A stretch of DNA of 64,000 nt from Eledone cirrhosa (taxonomy: Eukaryota), in NCBI GenBank assembly GCA_964016885.1, contig OZ024757.1, forward strand, positions 1,922,001 to 1,986,000, read 5' to 3'. A model generated the notes under the pieces. That model did no database searches and was not told where the DNA came from. It saw only the letters and a list, made by a program, of their open reading frames with translations. The position numbers and the translations under genes are program-made. Below are positions 1 through 14,016 of this stretch, one piece after another (positions within the stretch are counted from its first letter, which is position 1; each line of letters begins with the position of its first letter).

Positions 1-3000
1 ACAGGTAGACAGTTATGGTAGATTAGTGTATAAGGTGGACAGGTAGACAGTTATGGTAGCTTAGTATATGAGGTGGACAGGTAGACAGTTATGGTAGCTT
101 AGTGTATGAGGTATACAGGTAGACAGTTATGGTCGCTTAGTGTATGAGGTGGACAGGTAGACAGTTATGGTAGCTTAGTGTATGAGGTGGACAGGTAGAC
201 AGTTATGGTAGATTAGTGTATAAGGTGGACAGGTAGACAGTTATGGTAGCTTAGTATATGAGGTGGACAGGTAGACAGTTATAGTAGCTTAGTGTATGAG
301 GTAGACAGGTAGAGAGTTATGGTAGCTTAGTGTATGAGGTAGACAGGTAGAGAGTTATGGTAGCTTAGTGTATGAGGTGGACAGGTAGACAGTTATGGTA
401 GCTTAGTGTATGAGGTAGACAGGTAGACAGTTATGGTAGCTTAGTGTATGAGGTAGACAGGTAGACAGTTATGGTAGCTTAGTGTATGAGGTAGACAGAT
501 AGACAGTTATGGTAGCTTAGTGTATGAGGTGGACAGGTAGACAGGTATGGTAGCTTAGTGTATGAGGTAGACAGGTAGACAGTTATGGTAGCTTAGTGTA
601 TGAGGTAGACAGGTAGACAGGTATGGTAGCTTAGTGTATGAGGTAGACACGTAGACAGGTATGGTAGCTTAGTTTATGAGGTAGACAGGTAAACAGTTAT
701 GGTAGCTTAGTGTATGAGGTAGACAGGTAGACAGGTATGGTAGCTTAGTGTATGAGGTAGACAGGTAGACAGTTATGGTTGCTTAGTGTATGAGGTGGAC
801 AGGTAGACAGTTATGGTAGCTTAGTGTATGAGGTAGACAGGCAAACAGTTATGGTAGCTTAGTGTATGAGGTGGACAGGTAGACAGTTATGGTAGCTTAG
901 TGTATGAGGTGGACAGGTAGACAGTTCTGGTAGCTTAGTGTATGAGGTGGACAGGTAGACAGTTATGGTAGATTAGTGTATAAGGTGAACAGGTAGACAG
1001 TTATGGTACTTAGTGTATGAGGTTGACAGGTAAACAGTTATGGTAGCTTAGTGTATGAGGTAGACAGGTAGACAGGTATGGTAGCTTAGTGTATGAGGTA
1101 GACAGGTAAACAGTTATGGTAGCTTAGTGTATGAGGTAGACAGGTAGACAGGTATGGTAGCTTAGTGTATGAGGTAGACAGGTAGACAGGTATGGTAGCT
1201 TAGTGTATGAGGTAGACAGGTAAAGAAGTTATGGTAGCTTAGTGTATGAGGTAGACAGGTAGACAGGTATGGTAGCTTAGTGTATGAGGTAGACAGGTAG
1301 ACAGGTATGGTAGCTTAGTGTATGAGGTTGACAGGTAGACAGTTATGGTAGCTTAGTGTATGAGGTGGACAGGTAGACAGTTATGGTAGATTAGTGTATA
1401 AGGTGGACAGGTAGACAGTTATGGTAGCTTAGTGTATGAGGTGGACAGGTAGACAGTTATGGTAGCTTAGTGTATGAGGTGGACAGGTAGACAGTTATGG
1501 TAGCTTAGTGTATGAGGTGGACAGGTAGACAGTTATGGTAGATTAGTGTATAAGGTGGACAGGCAGACAGTTATGGTAGCTTAGTGTATGAGGTGGACAG
1601 GTAAACAGTTATGGTAGCTTAGTGTATGAGGTAGACAGGTAGACAGTTATGGTAGATTAGTGTATAAGGTGGACAGGTAGACAGTTATGGTAGATTAGTG
1701 TATAAGGTAGACAGGTAAACAGTTATGGTAGCTTAGTGTATGAGGTAGACAGGTAGACAGTTATGGTAGATTAGTGTATAAGGTGGACAGGTAGACAGTT
1801 ATGGTAGATTAGTGTATAAGGTGAACAGGTAGACAGTTATGGTAGATTAGTGTATGAGGTAGAGAGGTAGACAGTCATGGTAGATTAGTGTATGAGGTGG
1901 ACAGGTAGACAGTTATGGTAGCTTAGTGTATGAGGTGGACAGGTAGACAGTTATGGTAGCTTAGTGTATGAGGTGGACAGGTAGACAGTTATGGTAGATT
2001 AGTGTATAAGGTGGACAGGTAGACAGTTATGGTAGCTTAGTGTATGAGGTGGACAGGTAGACAGTTATGGTAGATTAGTGTATGAGGTGGACAGGTAGAC
2101 AGTTATGGTAGCTTAGTGTATGAGGTGGACAGGTAGACAGTTATGGTAGCTTAGAGTATGAGGTGGACAGGTAGACAGTTATGGTAGATTAGTGTATAAG
2201 GTGGACAGGTAGACAGTTATGGTAGCTTAGTGTATGAGGTGGACAGGTAGACAGTTATGGTAGATTAGTGTATGAGGTGGACAGGTAGAGAGTTATGGTA
2301 GCTTAGTGTATGAGGTGGACAGGTAGAGAGTTATGGTAGCTTAGTGTATGAGGTGGACAGGTGGACAGTTATGGTAGCTTAGTGTATGAGGTGGACAGGT
2401 AGACATTTATGGTAGCTTAGTGTATGAGGTAGACAGGTAGACAGTTATGGTAGCTTAGTGTATGAGGTAGACAGGTAGACAGTTATGGTAGCTTAGTGTA
2501 TGAGGTGGACAGGTAGACAGGTATGGTAGCTTAGTGTATGAGGTAGACAGGTAGACAGTTATGGTAGCTTAGTGTATGAGGTAGACAGGTAGACAGGTAT
2601 GGTAGCTTAGTGTATGAGGTAGACAGGTAGACAGTTATGGTAGCTTAGTGTATGAGGTGGACAGGTAGACAGGTATGGTAGCTTAGTGTTTGAGGTAGAC
2701 AGGTAGACAGTTATGGTAGCTTAGTGTATGAGGTAGACAGGTAGACAGGTATGGTAGCTTAGTGTATGAGGTAGACAGGTAGATAGGTATGGTAGCTTAG
2801 TGTATGAGGTAGACAGGTAAACAGTTATGGTAGCTCAGTGTATGAGGTGGACAGGTAGACAGTTATGGTAGCTTAGTGTATGAGGTAGACAGGTAGACAG
2901 GTATGGTAGCTTAGTGTATGAGGTAGACAGGTAGACAGTTATGGTAGCTTAGTGTATGAGGTAGACAGGTAGACAGTTATGGTAGCTTAGTGTATGAGGT

Positions 3001-6000
3001 GGACAGGTAGACAGTTATGGTAGCTTAGTGTATGAGGTGGACAGGTAGACAGTTATGGTAGATTAGTGTATGAGGTGGACAGGTAGACAGTTATGGTAGC
3101 TTAGTATATGAGGTGGACAGGTAGACAGTTATGGTAGCTTAGTGTATGAGGTAGACAGGTAGAGAGTTATGGTAGCTTAGTGTATGAGGTGGACAGGTGG
3201 ACAGTTATGGTAGCTTAGTGTATGAGGTGGACAGGTAGACAGTTATGGTAGCTTAGTGTATGAGGTGGACAGGTAAACAGTTATGGTAGCTTAGTGTATG
3301 AGGTAGACAGGTAGACAGTTATGGTAGATTAGTGTAGAAGGTGGACAGGTAGACAGTTATGGTAGCTTAGTGTATGAGGTAGACAGGTAGAGAGTTATGG
3401 TAGCTTAGTGTATGAGGTAGACAGGTAAACAGTTATGGTAGCTTAGTGTATGAGGTAGACAGGTAGACAGTTATGGTAGCTTAGTGTATGATGTAGACAG
3501 GTAGACAGTTATGGTAGATTAGTGTATGAGGTGGACAGGTAGACAGTTATGGTAGCTTAGTGTATAAGCTGGACAGGTAGACAGTTATGGTAGCTTAGTG
3601 TATGAGGTGGACAGGTGGACAGTTATGGTAGATTAGTGTATGAGGTGGACAGGTAGACAGTTATGGTAGCTTAGTGTATGAGGTTGACAGGTAGACAGTT
3701 ATGGTAGCTTAGTGTATAAGGTGGACAGGTAGACAGTTATGGTAGCTTAGTGTATGAGGTGGACAGGTAGACAGTTATGTTAGCTTAGTGTATGAGCTGG
3801 ACAGGTAGACAGTTATGGTAGATTAGTGTATGAGGTGGACAGGTAGACAGTTATGGTATCTTAGTGTATGAGGTGGACAGGTAGACAGTTATGGTAGCTT
3901 AGTGTATGAGGTGGACAGGTAGACAGTTATGGTAGCTTAGTGTATGAGGTGGACAGGTAGACAGTTATGGTAGATTAGTGTATAAGGTGGACAGGTAGAG
4001 AGTTATGGTATCTTAGTGTATGAGGTGGACAGGTAGACAGTTATGGTAGCTTAGTGTATGAGGTGGACAGGTAGACAGTTATGGTAGATTAGTCTATGAG
4101 GTGGACAGGTAGACAGTTATGGTATCTTAGTGTACGAGGTGGACAGGTAGACAGTTATGGTAGATTAGTGTATGAGGTGGACAGGTAGACAGTTATGGTA
4201 GCTTAGTGTATGAGGTGGACAGGTAGACAGTTATGGTAGCTTAGTGTATGAGGTGGACAGGTAGACAGTTATGGTAGATTAGTGTATAAGGTAGACAGGT
4301 AGACAGTTATGGTAGCTTAGTGTATAAGGTAGACAGTTATGGTAGATTAGTGTATAAGGTGGACAGGTAGACAGTTATGGTAGATTAGTGTATGAGGTAG
4401 AGAGGTAGACAGTCATGGTAGATTAGTGTATGAGGTGGACAGGTAGACAGTTATGGTAGCTTAGTCTATGAGGTGGACAGGTAGACAGTTATGGTAGCTT
4501 AGTGTATGAGGTGGACAGGTAGACAGTTATGGTAGCTTAGTGTATGAGGTGGACAGGTAGACAGTTATGGTAGCTTAGTGTATGAGGTGGACCGGTAGAC
4601 AGTTATGGTAGCTTAGTGTATGAGGTGGACAGGTAGACAGTTATGGTAGATTAGTGTATAAGGTAGACAGGTAGACAGCTATGGTAGCTTAGTGTATGAG
4701 GTGGACAGGTAGACAGTTATGGTAGATTAGTGTATAAGGTAGACAGTTAGACAGTTATGGTAGCTTAGTGTATGAGGTGGACAGGTAGACAGTTATGGTA
4801 GCTTAGTGTATGAGGTGAACAGGTAGACAGTTATGGTAGCTTGGTGTATGAGGTAGACAGGTAGACAGTTATGGTAGCTTAGTGTATGAGGTGGACAGGT
4901 AGACAGGTATGGTAGCTTAGTGTATGAGGTAGACAGGTAGACAGTTATGGTAGCTTAGTGTATGAGGTAGACAGGTAGACAGGTATGGTAGCTTAGTGTA
5001 TGAGGTAGACAGGTAGACAGGTATGGTAGCTTAGTGTATGAGGTAGACAGGTATGGTAGCTTAGTGTATGAGGTAGACAGGTAGACAGTTATGGTAGCTT
5101 AGTGTATGAGGTGGACAGGTAGACAGTTATGGTAGATTAGTGTATAAGGTGGACAGGTAGACAGTTATGGTAGCTTAGTATATGAGGTGGACAGGTAGAC
5201 AGTTATGGTAGCTTAGTGTATGAGGTATACAGGTAGACAGTTATGGTAGCTTAGTGTATGAGGTGGACAGGTAGACAGTTATGGTAGCTTAGTGTATGAG
5301 GTGGACAGGTAGACAGTTATGGTAGATTAGTGTATAAGGTGGACAGGTAGACAGTTATGGTAGCTTAGTATATGAGGTGGACAGGTAGACAGTTATAGTA
5401 GCTTAGTGTATGAGGTAGACAGGTAGAGAGTTATGGTAGCTTAGTGTATGAGGTAGACAGGTAGAGAGTTATGGTAGCTTAGTGTATGAGGTGGACAGGT
5501 AGACAGTTATGGTAGCTTAGTGTATGAGGTAGACAGGTAGACAGTTATGGTAGCTTAGTGTATGAGGTAGACAGGTAGACAGTTATGGTAGCTTAGTGTA
5601 TGAGGTAGACAGATAGACAGTTATGGTAGCTTAGTGTATGAGGTGGACAGGTAGACAGGTATGGTAGCTTAGTGTATGAGGTAGACAGGTAGACAGTTAT
5701 GGTAGCTTAGTGTATGAGGTAGACAGGTAGACAGGTATGGTAGCTTAGTGTATGAGGTAGACACGTAGACAGGTATGGTAGCTTAGTTTATGAGGTAGAC
5801 AGGTAAACAGTTATGGTAGCTTAGTGTATGAGGTAGACAGGTAGACAGGTATGGTAGCTTAGTGTATGAGGTAGACAGGTAGACAGTTATGGTTGCTTAG
5901 TGTATGAGGTGGACAGGTAGACAGTTATGGTAGCTTAGTGTATGAGGTAGACAGGCAAACAGTTATGGTAGCTTAGTGTATGAGGTGGACAGGTAGACAG

Positions 6001-9000
6001 TTATGGTAGCTTAGTGTATGAGGTGGACAGGTAGACAGTTATGGTAGCTTAGTGTATGAGGTGGACAGGTAGACAGTTATGGTAGATTAGTGTATAAGGT
6101 GAACAGGTAGACAGTTATGGTACTTAGTGTATGAGGTTGAAAGGTAAACAGTTATGGTAGCTTAGTGTATGAGGTAGACAGGTAGACAGGTATGGTAGCT
6201 TAGTGTATGAGGTAGACAGGTAAACAGTTATGGTAGCTTAGTGTATGAGGTAGACAGGTAGACAGGTATGGTAGCTTAGTGTATGAGGTAGACAGGTAGA
6301 CAGGTATGGTAGCTTAGTGTATGAGGTAGACAGGTAAAGAAGTTATGGTAGCTTAGTGTATGAGGTAGACAGGTAGACAGGTATGGTAGCTTAGTGTATG
6401 AGGTAGACAGGTAGACAGGTATGGTAGCTTAGTGTATGAGGTTGACAGGTAGACAGTTATGGTAGCTTAGTGTATGAGGTGGACAGGTAGACAGTTATGG
6501 TAGATTAGTGTATAAGGTGGACAGGTAGACAGTTATGGTAGCTTAGTGTATGAGGTGGACAGGTAGACAGTTATGGTAGCTTAGTGTATGAGGTGGACAG
6601 GTAGACAGTTATGGTAGCTTAGTGTATGAGGTGGACAGGTAGACAGTTATGGTAGATTAGTGTATAAGGTGGACAGGCAGACAGTTATGGTAGCTTAGTG
6701 TATGAGGTGGACAGGTAAACAGTTATGGTAGCTTAGTGTATGAGGTAGACAGGTAGACAGTTATGGTAGATTAGTGTATAAGGTGGACAGGTAGACAGTT
6801 ATGGTAGATTAGTGTATAAGGTAGACAGGTAAACAGTTATGGTAGCTTAGTGTATGAGGTAGACAGGTAGACAGTTATGGTAGATTAGTGTATAAGGTGG
6901 ACAGGTAGACAGTTATGGTAGATTAGTGTATAAGGTGAACAGGTAGACAGTTATGGTAGATTAGTGTATGAGGTAGAGAGGTAGACAGTCATGGTAGATT
7001 AGTGTATGAGGTGGACAGGTAGACAGTTATGGTAGCTTAGTGTATGAGGTGGACAGGTAGACAGTTATGGTAGCTTAGTGTATGAGGTGGACAGGTAGAC
7101 AGTTATGGTAGATTAGTGTATAAGGTGGACAGGTAGACAGTTATGGTAGCTTAGTGTATGAGGTGGACAGGTAGACAGTTATGGTAGATTAGTGTATGAG
7201 GTGGACAGGTAGACAGTTATGGTAGCTTAGTGTATGAGGTGGACAGGTAGACAGTTATGGTAGCTTAGAGTATGAGGTGGACAGGTAGACAGTTATGGTA
7301 GATTAGTGTATAAGGTGGACAGGTAGACAGTTATGGTAGCTTAGTGTATGAGGTGGACAGGTAGACAGTTATGGTAGATTAGTGTATGAGGTGGACAGGT
7401 AGAGAGTTATGGTAGCTTAGTGTATGAGGTGGACAGGTAGAGAGTTATGGTAGCTTAGTGTATGAGGTGGACAGGTGGACAGTTATGGTAGCTTAGTGTA
7501 TGAGGTGGACAGGTAGACATTTATGGTAGCTTAGTGTATGAGGTAGACAGGTAGACAGTTATGGTAGCTTAGTGTATGAGGTAGACAGGTAGACAGTTAT
7601 GGTAGCTTAGTGTATGAGGTGGACAGGTAGACAGGTATGGTAGCTTAGTGTATGAGGTAGACAGGTAGACAGTTATGGTAGCTTAGTGTATGAGGTAGAC
7701 AGGTAGACAGGTATGGTAGCTTAGTGTATGAGGTAGACAGGTAGACAGTTATGGTAGCTTAGTGTATGAGGTGGACAGGTAGACAGGTATGGTAGCTTAG
7801 TGTTTGAGGTAGACAGGTAGACAGTTATGGTAGCTTAGTGTATGAGGTAGACAGGTAGACAGGTATGGTAGCTTAGTGTATGAGGTAGACAGGTAGATAG
7901 GTATGGTAGCTTAGTGTATGAGGTAGACAGGTAAACAGTTATGGTAGCTCAGTGTATGAGGTGGACAGGTAGACAGTTATGGTAGCTTAGTGTATGAGGT
8001 AGACAGGTAGACAGGTATGGTAGCTTAGTGTATGAGGTAGACAGGTAGACAGTTATGGTAGCTTAGTGTATGAGGTAGACAGGTAGACAGTTATGGTAGC
8101 TTAGTGTATGAGGTGGACAGGTAGACAGTTATGGTAGCTTAGTGTATGAGGTGGACAGGTAGACAGTTATGGTAGATTAGTGTATGAGGTGGACAGGTAG
8201 ACAGTTATGGTAGCTTAGTATATGAGGTGGACAGGTAGACAGTTATGGTAGCTTAGTGTATGAGGTAGACAGGTAGAGAGTTATGGTAGCTTAGTGTATG
8301 AGGTGGACAGGTGGACAGTTATGGTAGCTTAGTGTATGAGGTGGACAGGTAGACAGTTATGGTAGCTTAGTGTATGAGGTGGACAGGTAAACAGTTATGG
8401 TAGCTTAGTGTATGAGGTAGACAGGTAGACAGTTATGGTAGATTAGTGTAGAAGGTGGACAGGTAGACAGTTATGGTAGCTTAGTGTATGAGGTAGACAG
8501 GTAGAGAGTTATGGTAGCTTAGTGTATGAGGTAGACAGGTAAACAGTTATGGTAGCTTAGTGTATGAGGTAGACAGGTAGACAGTTATGGTAGCTTAGTG
8601 TATGATGTAGACAGGTAGACAGTTATGGTAGATTAGTGTATGAGGTGGACAGGTAGACAGTTATGGTAGCTTAGTGTATAAGCTGGACAGGTAGACAGTT
8701 ATGGTAGCTTAGTGTATGAGGTGGACAGGTGGACAGTTATGGTAGATTAGTGTATGAGGTGGACAGGTAGACAGTTATGGTAGCTTAGTGTATGAGGTTG
8801 ACAGGTAGACAGTTATGGTAGCTTAGTGTATAAGGTGGACAGGTAGACAGTTATGGTAGCTTAGTGTATGAGGTGGACAGGTAGACAGTTATGTTAGCTT
8901 AGTGTATGAGCTGGACAGGTAGACAGTTATGGTAGATTAGTGTATGAGGTGGACAGGTAGACAGTTATGGTATCTTAGTGTATGAGGTGGACAGGTAGAC

Positions 9001-12000
9001 AGTTATGGTAGCTTAGTGTATGAGGTGGACAGGTAGACAGTTATGGTAGCTTAGTGTATGAGGTGGACAGGTAGACAGTTATGGTAGATTAGTGTATAAG
9101 GTGGACAGGTAGAGAGTTATGGTATCTTAGTGTATGAGGTGGACAGGTAGACAGTTATGGTAGCTTAGTGTATGAGGTGGACAGGTAGACAGTTATGGTA
9201 GATTAGTCTATGAGGTGGACAGGTAGACAGTTATGGTATCTTAGTGTACGAGGTGGACAGGTAGACAGTTATGGTAGATTAGTGTATGAGGTGGACAGGT
9301 AGACAGTTATGGTAGCTTAGTGTATGAGGTGGACAGGTAGACAGTTATGGTAGCTTAGTGTATGAGGTGGACAGGTAGACAGTTATGGTAGATTAGTGTA
9401 TAAGGTAGACAGGTAGACAGTTATGGTAGCTTAGTGTATAAGGTAGACAGTTATGGTAGATTAGTGTATAAGGTGGACAGGTAGACAGTTATGGTAGATT
9501 AGTGTATGAGGTAGAGAGGTAGACAGTCATGGTAGATTAGTGTATGAGGTGGACAGGTAGACAGTTATGGTAGCTTAGTCTATGAGGTGGACAGGTAGAC
9601 AGTTATGGTAGCTTAGTGTATGAGGTGGACAGGTAGACAGTTATGGTAGCTTAGTGTATGAGGTGGACAGGTAGACAGTTATGGTAGCTTAGTGTATGAG
9701 GTGGACCGGTAGACAGTTATGGTAGCTTAGTGTATGAGGTGGACAGGTAGACAGTTATGGTAGATTAGTGTATAAGGTAGACAGGTAGACAGCTATGGTA
9801 GCTTAGTGTATGAGGTGGACAGGTAGACAGTTATGGTAGATTAGTGTATAAGGTAGACAGTTAGACAGTTATGGTAGCTTAGTGTATGAGGTGGACAGGT
9901 AGACAGTTATGGTAGCTTAGTGTATGAGGTGAACAGGTAGACAGTTATGGTAGCTTGGTGTATGAGGTAGACAGGTAGACAGTTATGGTAGCTTAGTGTA
10001 TGAGGTGGACAGGTAGACAGGTATGGTAGCTTAGTGTATGAGGTAGACAGGTAGACAGTTATGGTAGCTTAGTGTATGAGGTAGACAGGTAGACAGGTAT
10101 GGTAGCTTAGTGTATGAGGTAGACAGGTAGACAGGTATGGTAGCTTAGTGTATGAGGTAGACAGGTATACAGTTATGGTAGCTTAGTGTATGAGGTAGAC
10201 AGGTAGACAGGTATGGTAGCTTAGTGTATGAGGTAGACAGGTAGACAGGTATGGTAGCTTAGTGTATGAGGTAGACAGGTAGACAGTTATGGTAGCTTAG
10301 TGTATGAGGTGGACAGGTAGACAGTTATGGTAGATTAGTGTATAAGGTGGACAGGTAGACAGTTATGGTAGCTTAGTATATGAGGTGGACAGGTAGACAG
10401 TTATGGTAGCTTAGTGTATGAGGTAGACAGGTAGACAGTTATGGTAGCTTAGTGTATGAGGTGGACAGGTGGACAGTTATGGTAGCTTAGTGTATGAGGT
10501 GGACAGGTAGACCGTTATGGTAGCTTAGTGTATGAGGTAGACAGGTAGACAGTTATGGTAGCTTAGTGTATGAGGTAGACAGATAGACAGTTATGGTAGC
10601 TTAGTGTGTGAGGTGGACAGGTAGACAGTTATGGTAGCTTAGTGTATGAGGTGGACAGGTAGACAGTTATGGTAGATTAGTGTATGAGGTGGACAGGTAG
10701 ACAGTTATGGTAGCTTAGTGTATGAGGTGGACAGGTAGACAGTTATGGTAGCTTAGTGTATGAGGTGGACAGGTAAACAGTTATGGTAGCTTAGTGTATG
10801 AGGTAGACAGGTAGACAGTTATGGTAGATTAGTGTAGAAGGTGGACAGGTAAACAGTTATGGTAGCTTAGTGTATGAGGTAGACAGGTAGAGAGTTATGG
10901 TAGCTTAGTGTATGAGGTAGACAGGTAAACAGTTATGGTAGCTTAGTGTATGAGGTAGACAGGTAGACAGTTATGGTAGCTTAGTGTATGATGTAGACAG
11001 GTAGACAGTTATGGTAGATTAGTGTATGAGGTGGACAGGTAGACAGTTATGGTAGCTTAGTGTATAAGCTGGACAGGTAGACAGTTATGGTAGCTTAGTG
11101 TATGAGGTGGACAGGTGGACAGTTATGGTAGATTAGTGTATGAGGTGGACAGGTAGACAGTTATGGTAGCTTAGTGTATGATGTAGACAGGTAGACAGTT
11201 ATGGTAGCTTAGTGTATAAGGTGGACAGGTAGACAGTTATGGTAGCTTAGTGTATGAGGTGGACAGGTAGACAGTTATGTTAGCTTAGTGTATGAGGTGG
11301 ACAGGTAGACAGTTATGGTAGATTAGTGTATGAGGTGGACAGGTAGACAGTTATGGTATCTTAGTGTATGAGGTGGACAGGTAGACAGTTATGGTAGCTT
11401 AGTGTATGAGGTGGACAGGTAGACAGTTATGGTAGCTTAGTGTATGAGGTGGACAGGTAGACAGTTATGGTAGATTAGTGTATAAGGTGGACATGTAGAG
11501 AGTTATGGTATCTTAGTGTATGAGGTGGACAGGTAGACAGTTATGGTAGCTTAGTGTATGAGGTGGACAGGTAGACAGTTATGGTAGATTAGTCTATGAG
11601 GTGGACAGGTAGACAGTTATGGTATCTTAGTGTACGAGGTGGACAGGTAGACAGTTATGGTAGATTAGTGTATGAGGTGGACAGGTAGACAGTTATGGTA
11701 GCTTAGTGTATGAGGTGGACAGGTAGACAGTTATGGTAGCTTAGTGTATGAGGTGGACAGGTAGACAGTTATGGTAGATTAGTGTATAAGGTAGACAGGT
11801 AGACAGTTATGGTAGCTTAGTGTATAAGGTAGACAGTTATGGTAGATTAGTGTATAAGGTGGACAGTTATGGTAGATTAGTGTATAAGGTGGACAGGTAG
11901 ACAGTTATGGTAGATTAGTGTATGAGGTAGAGAGGTAGACAGTCATGGTAGATTAGTGTATGAGGTGGACAGGTAGACAGTTATGGTAGCTTAGTCTATG

Positions 12001-13938
12001 AGGTGGACAGGTAGACAGTTATGGTAGCTTAGTGTATGAGGTGGACAGGTAGACAGTTATGGTAGCTTAGTGTATGAGGTGGACAGGTAGACAGTTATGG
12101 TAGCTTAGTGTATGAGGTGGACCGGTAGACAGTTATGGTAGCTTAGTGTATGAGGTGGACAGGTAGACAGTTATGGTAGATTAGTGTATAAGGTAGACAG
12201 GTAGACAGTTATGGTAGCTTAGTGTATGAGGTGGACAGGTAGACAGTTATGGTAGCTTAGTGTATGAGGTGAACAGGTAGACAGTTATGGTAGCTTGGTG
12301 TATGAGGTAGACAGGTAGACAGTTATGGTAGATTAGTGTATAAGGTGGACAGGTAGACAGTTATGGTAGATTAGTGTATGAGGTAGACAGGTAGACAGTC
12401 ATGGTAGATTAGTGTATGAGGTGGACAGGTAGACAGTTATGGTAGCTTAGTGTATGAGGTAGACAGGTAGACAGTTATGGTAGCTTAGTGTATGAGGTGG
12501 ATAGGTAGACAGTTATGGTAGCTTAGTGTATGAGGTGGACAGGTAGACAGTTATGGTAGCTTAGTGTATGAGGTGGACAGGTAGACAGTTATGGTAGCTT
12601 AGTGTATGAGGTGGCCAGGTAGACAGTTATGGTAGCTTAGTGTATGAGGTGGACAGGTAGACAGTTATGGTAGCTTAGTGTATGAGGTGGACAGGTTGAC
12701 AGTTATGGTAGCTTAGTGTATGAGGTAGACAGGTAGACAGTTATGGTAGCTTAGTGTATGAGGTAGAGAGGTAGACAGTTATGGTAGCTTAGTGTATGAG
12801 GTGGACAGGTAGACAGTTATGGTAGCTTAATGTATGAGGTGGCCAGGTAGACAGTTATGGTAGCTTAGTGTATGAGGTGGACAGGTAGACAGTTATGGTA
12901 GCTTAGTGTATGAGGTGGACAGGTAGACAGTTATGGTAGCTTAGTGTATGAGGTGGACAGGTAGACAGTTATGGTAGCTTAGTGTATGAGGTAGACAGGT
13001 AGACAGTTATGGTAGCTTAGTGTATGAGGTAGAGAGGTAGACAGTTATGGTAGCTTAGTGTATGAGGTGGACAGGTTGACAGTTATGGTAGCTTAGTGTA
13101 TGAGGTGGACAGGTAGACAGTTATGGGAGATTAGTGTATGAGGTAGACAGGTAGACAGTCATGGTAGATTAGTGTATAAGGTGGACAGGTAGACAGTTAT
13201 GGTAGCTTAGTGTATGAGGTAGACAGGTAGACAGTTATGGTAGCTGAGTGTATGAGGTGGACAGGTAGACAGTTATGGTAGCTTAGTGTATAAGGTGGAC
13301 AGGTAGACAGTTATGGGAGATTAGTGTATGAGGTAGACAGGTAGACAGTCATGGTAGATTAGTGTATAAGGTGGACAGGTAGACAGTTATGGTAGCTTAG
13401 TGTATGAGGTAGACAGGTAGACAGTTATGGTAGCTGAGTGTATGAGGTGGACAGGTAGACAGTTATGGTAGCTTAGTGTATGAGGTAGACAGGTAGACAG
13501 TTATGGTAGATTAGTGTATGAGGTGGACAGGTAGACAGTTATGGTAGCTTAGTGTATGAGGTGAACAGGTAGACAGTTATGGTAGCTTAGTGTATGAGGT
13601 AGACAGGTAGACAGTTATGGTAGATTAGTGTATGAGGTGGACAGGTAGACAGTTATGGAAGCTGAGTGTATGAGGTGGACAGGTAGACAGTTATGGTAGC
13701 TGAGTGTATGAGGTGGACAGGTAGACAGGTAGATAGTTATGGTAGATTAGTGTATGAGGTGGACAGGTAGACAGGTAGACAGTTATGGTAGCTGAGTGTA
13801 TGAGGTGGACAGGTAGACAGTTATGGTAGCTGAGTGTATGAGGTGGACAGGTAGACAGGTAGATAGTTATGGTAGATTAGTGTATGAGGTGAACAGGTAG
13901 ACAGGTAGACAGGTAGACAGTTATGGTAGCTTAGTGTA
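1..13938. repeat. Satellite array, 38-bp monomer ACAGGTAGACAGTTATGGTAGCTTAGTGTATGAGGTGG (about 365 copies, runs off the window start)
   Basis: Period read directly (ACAGGTAGAC at 1 and 39). The monomer contains an internal 8-bp GTRGACAG duplication, and 30-bp or 46-bp variants lose or gain it. The track lists no ORFs here. Confidence 0.98.
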
Positions 13939-14016
13939 GTTGATAATGATTGGAAAATGAATGCAATTATTTTAAATGATTGTAAAATGAAACATGACGT
14001 TGACCGGACAACACGT

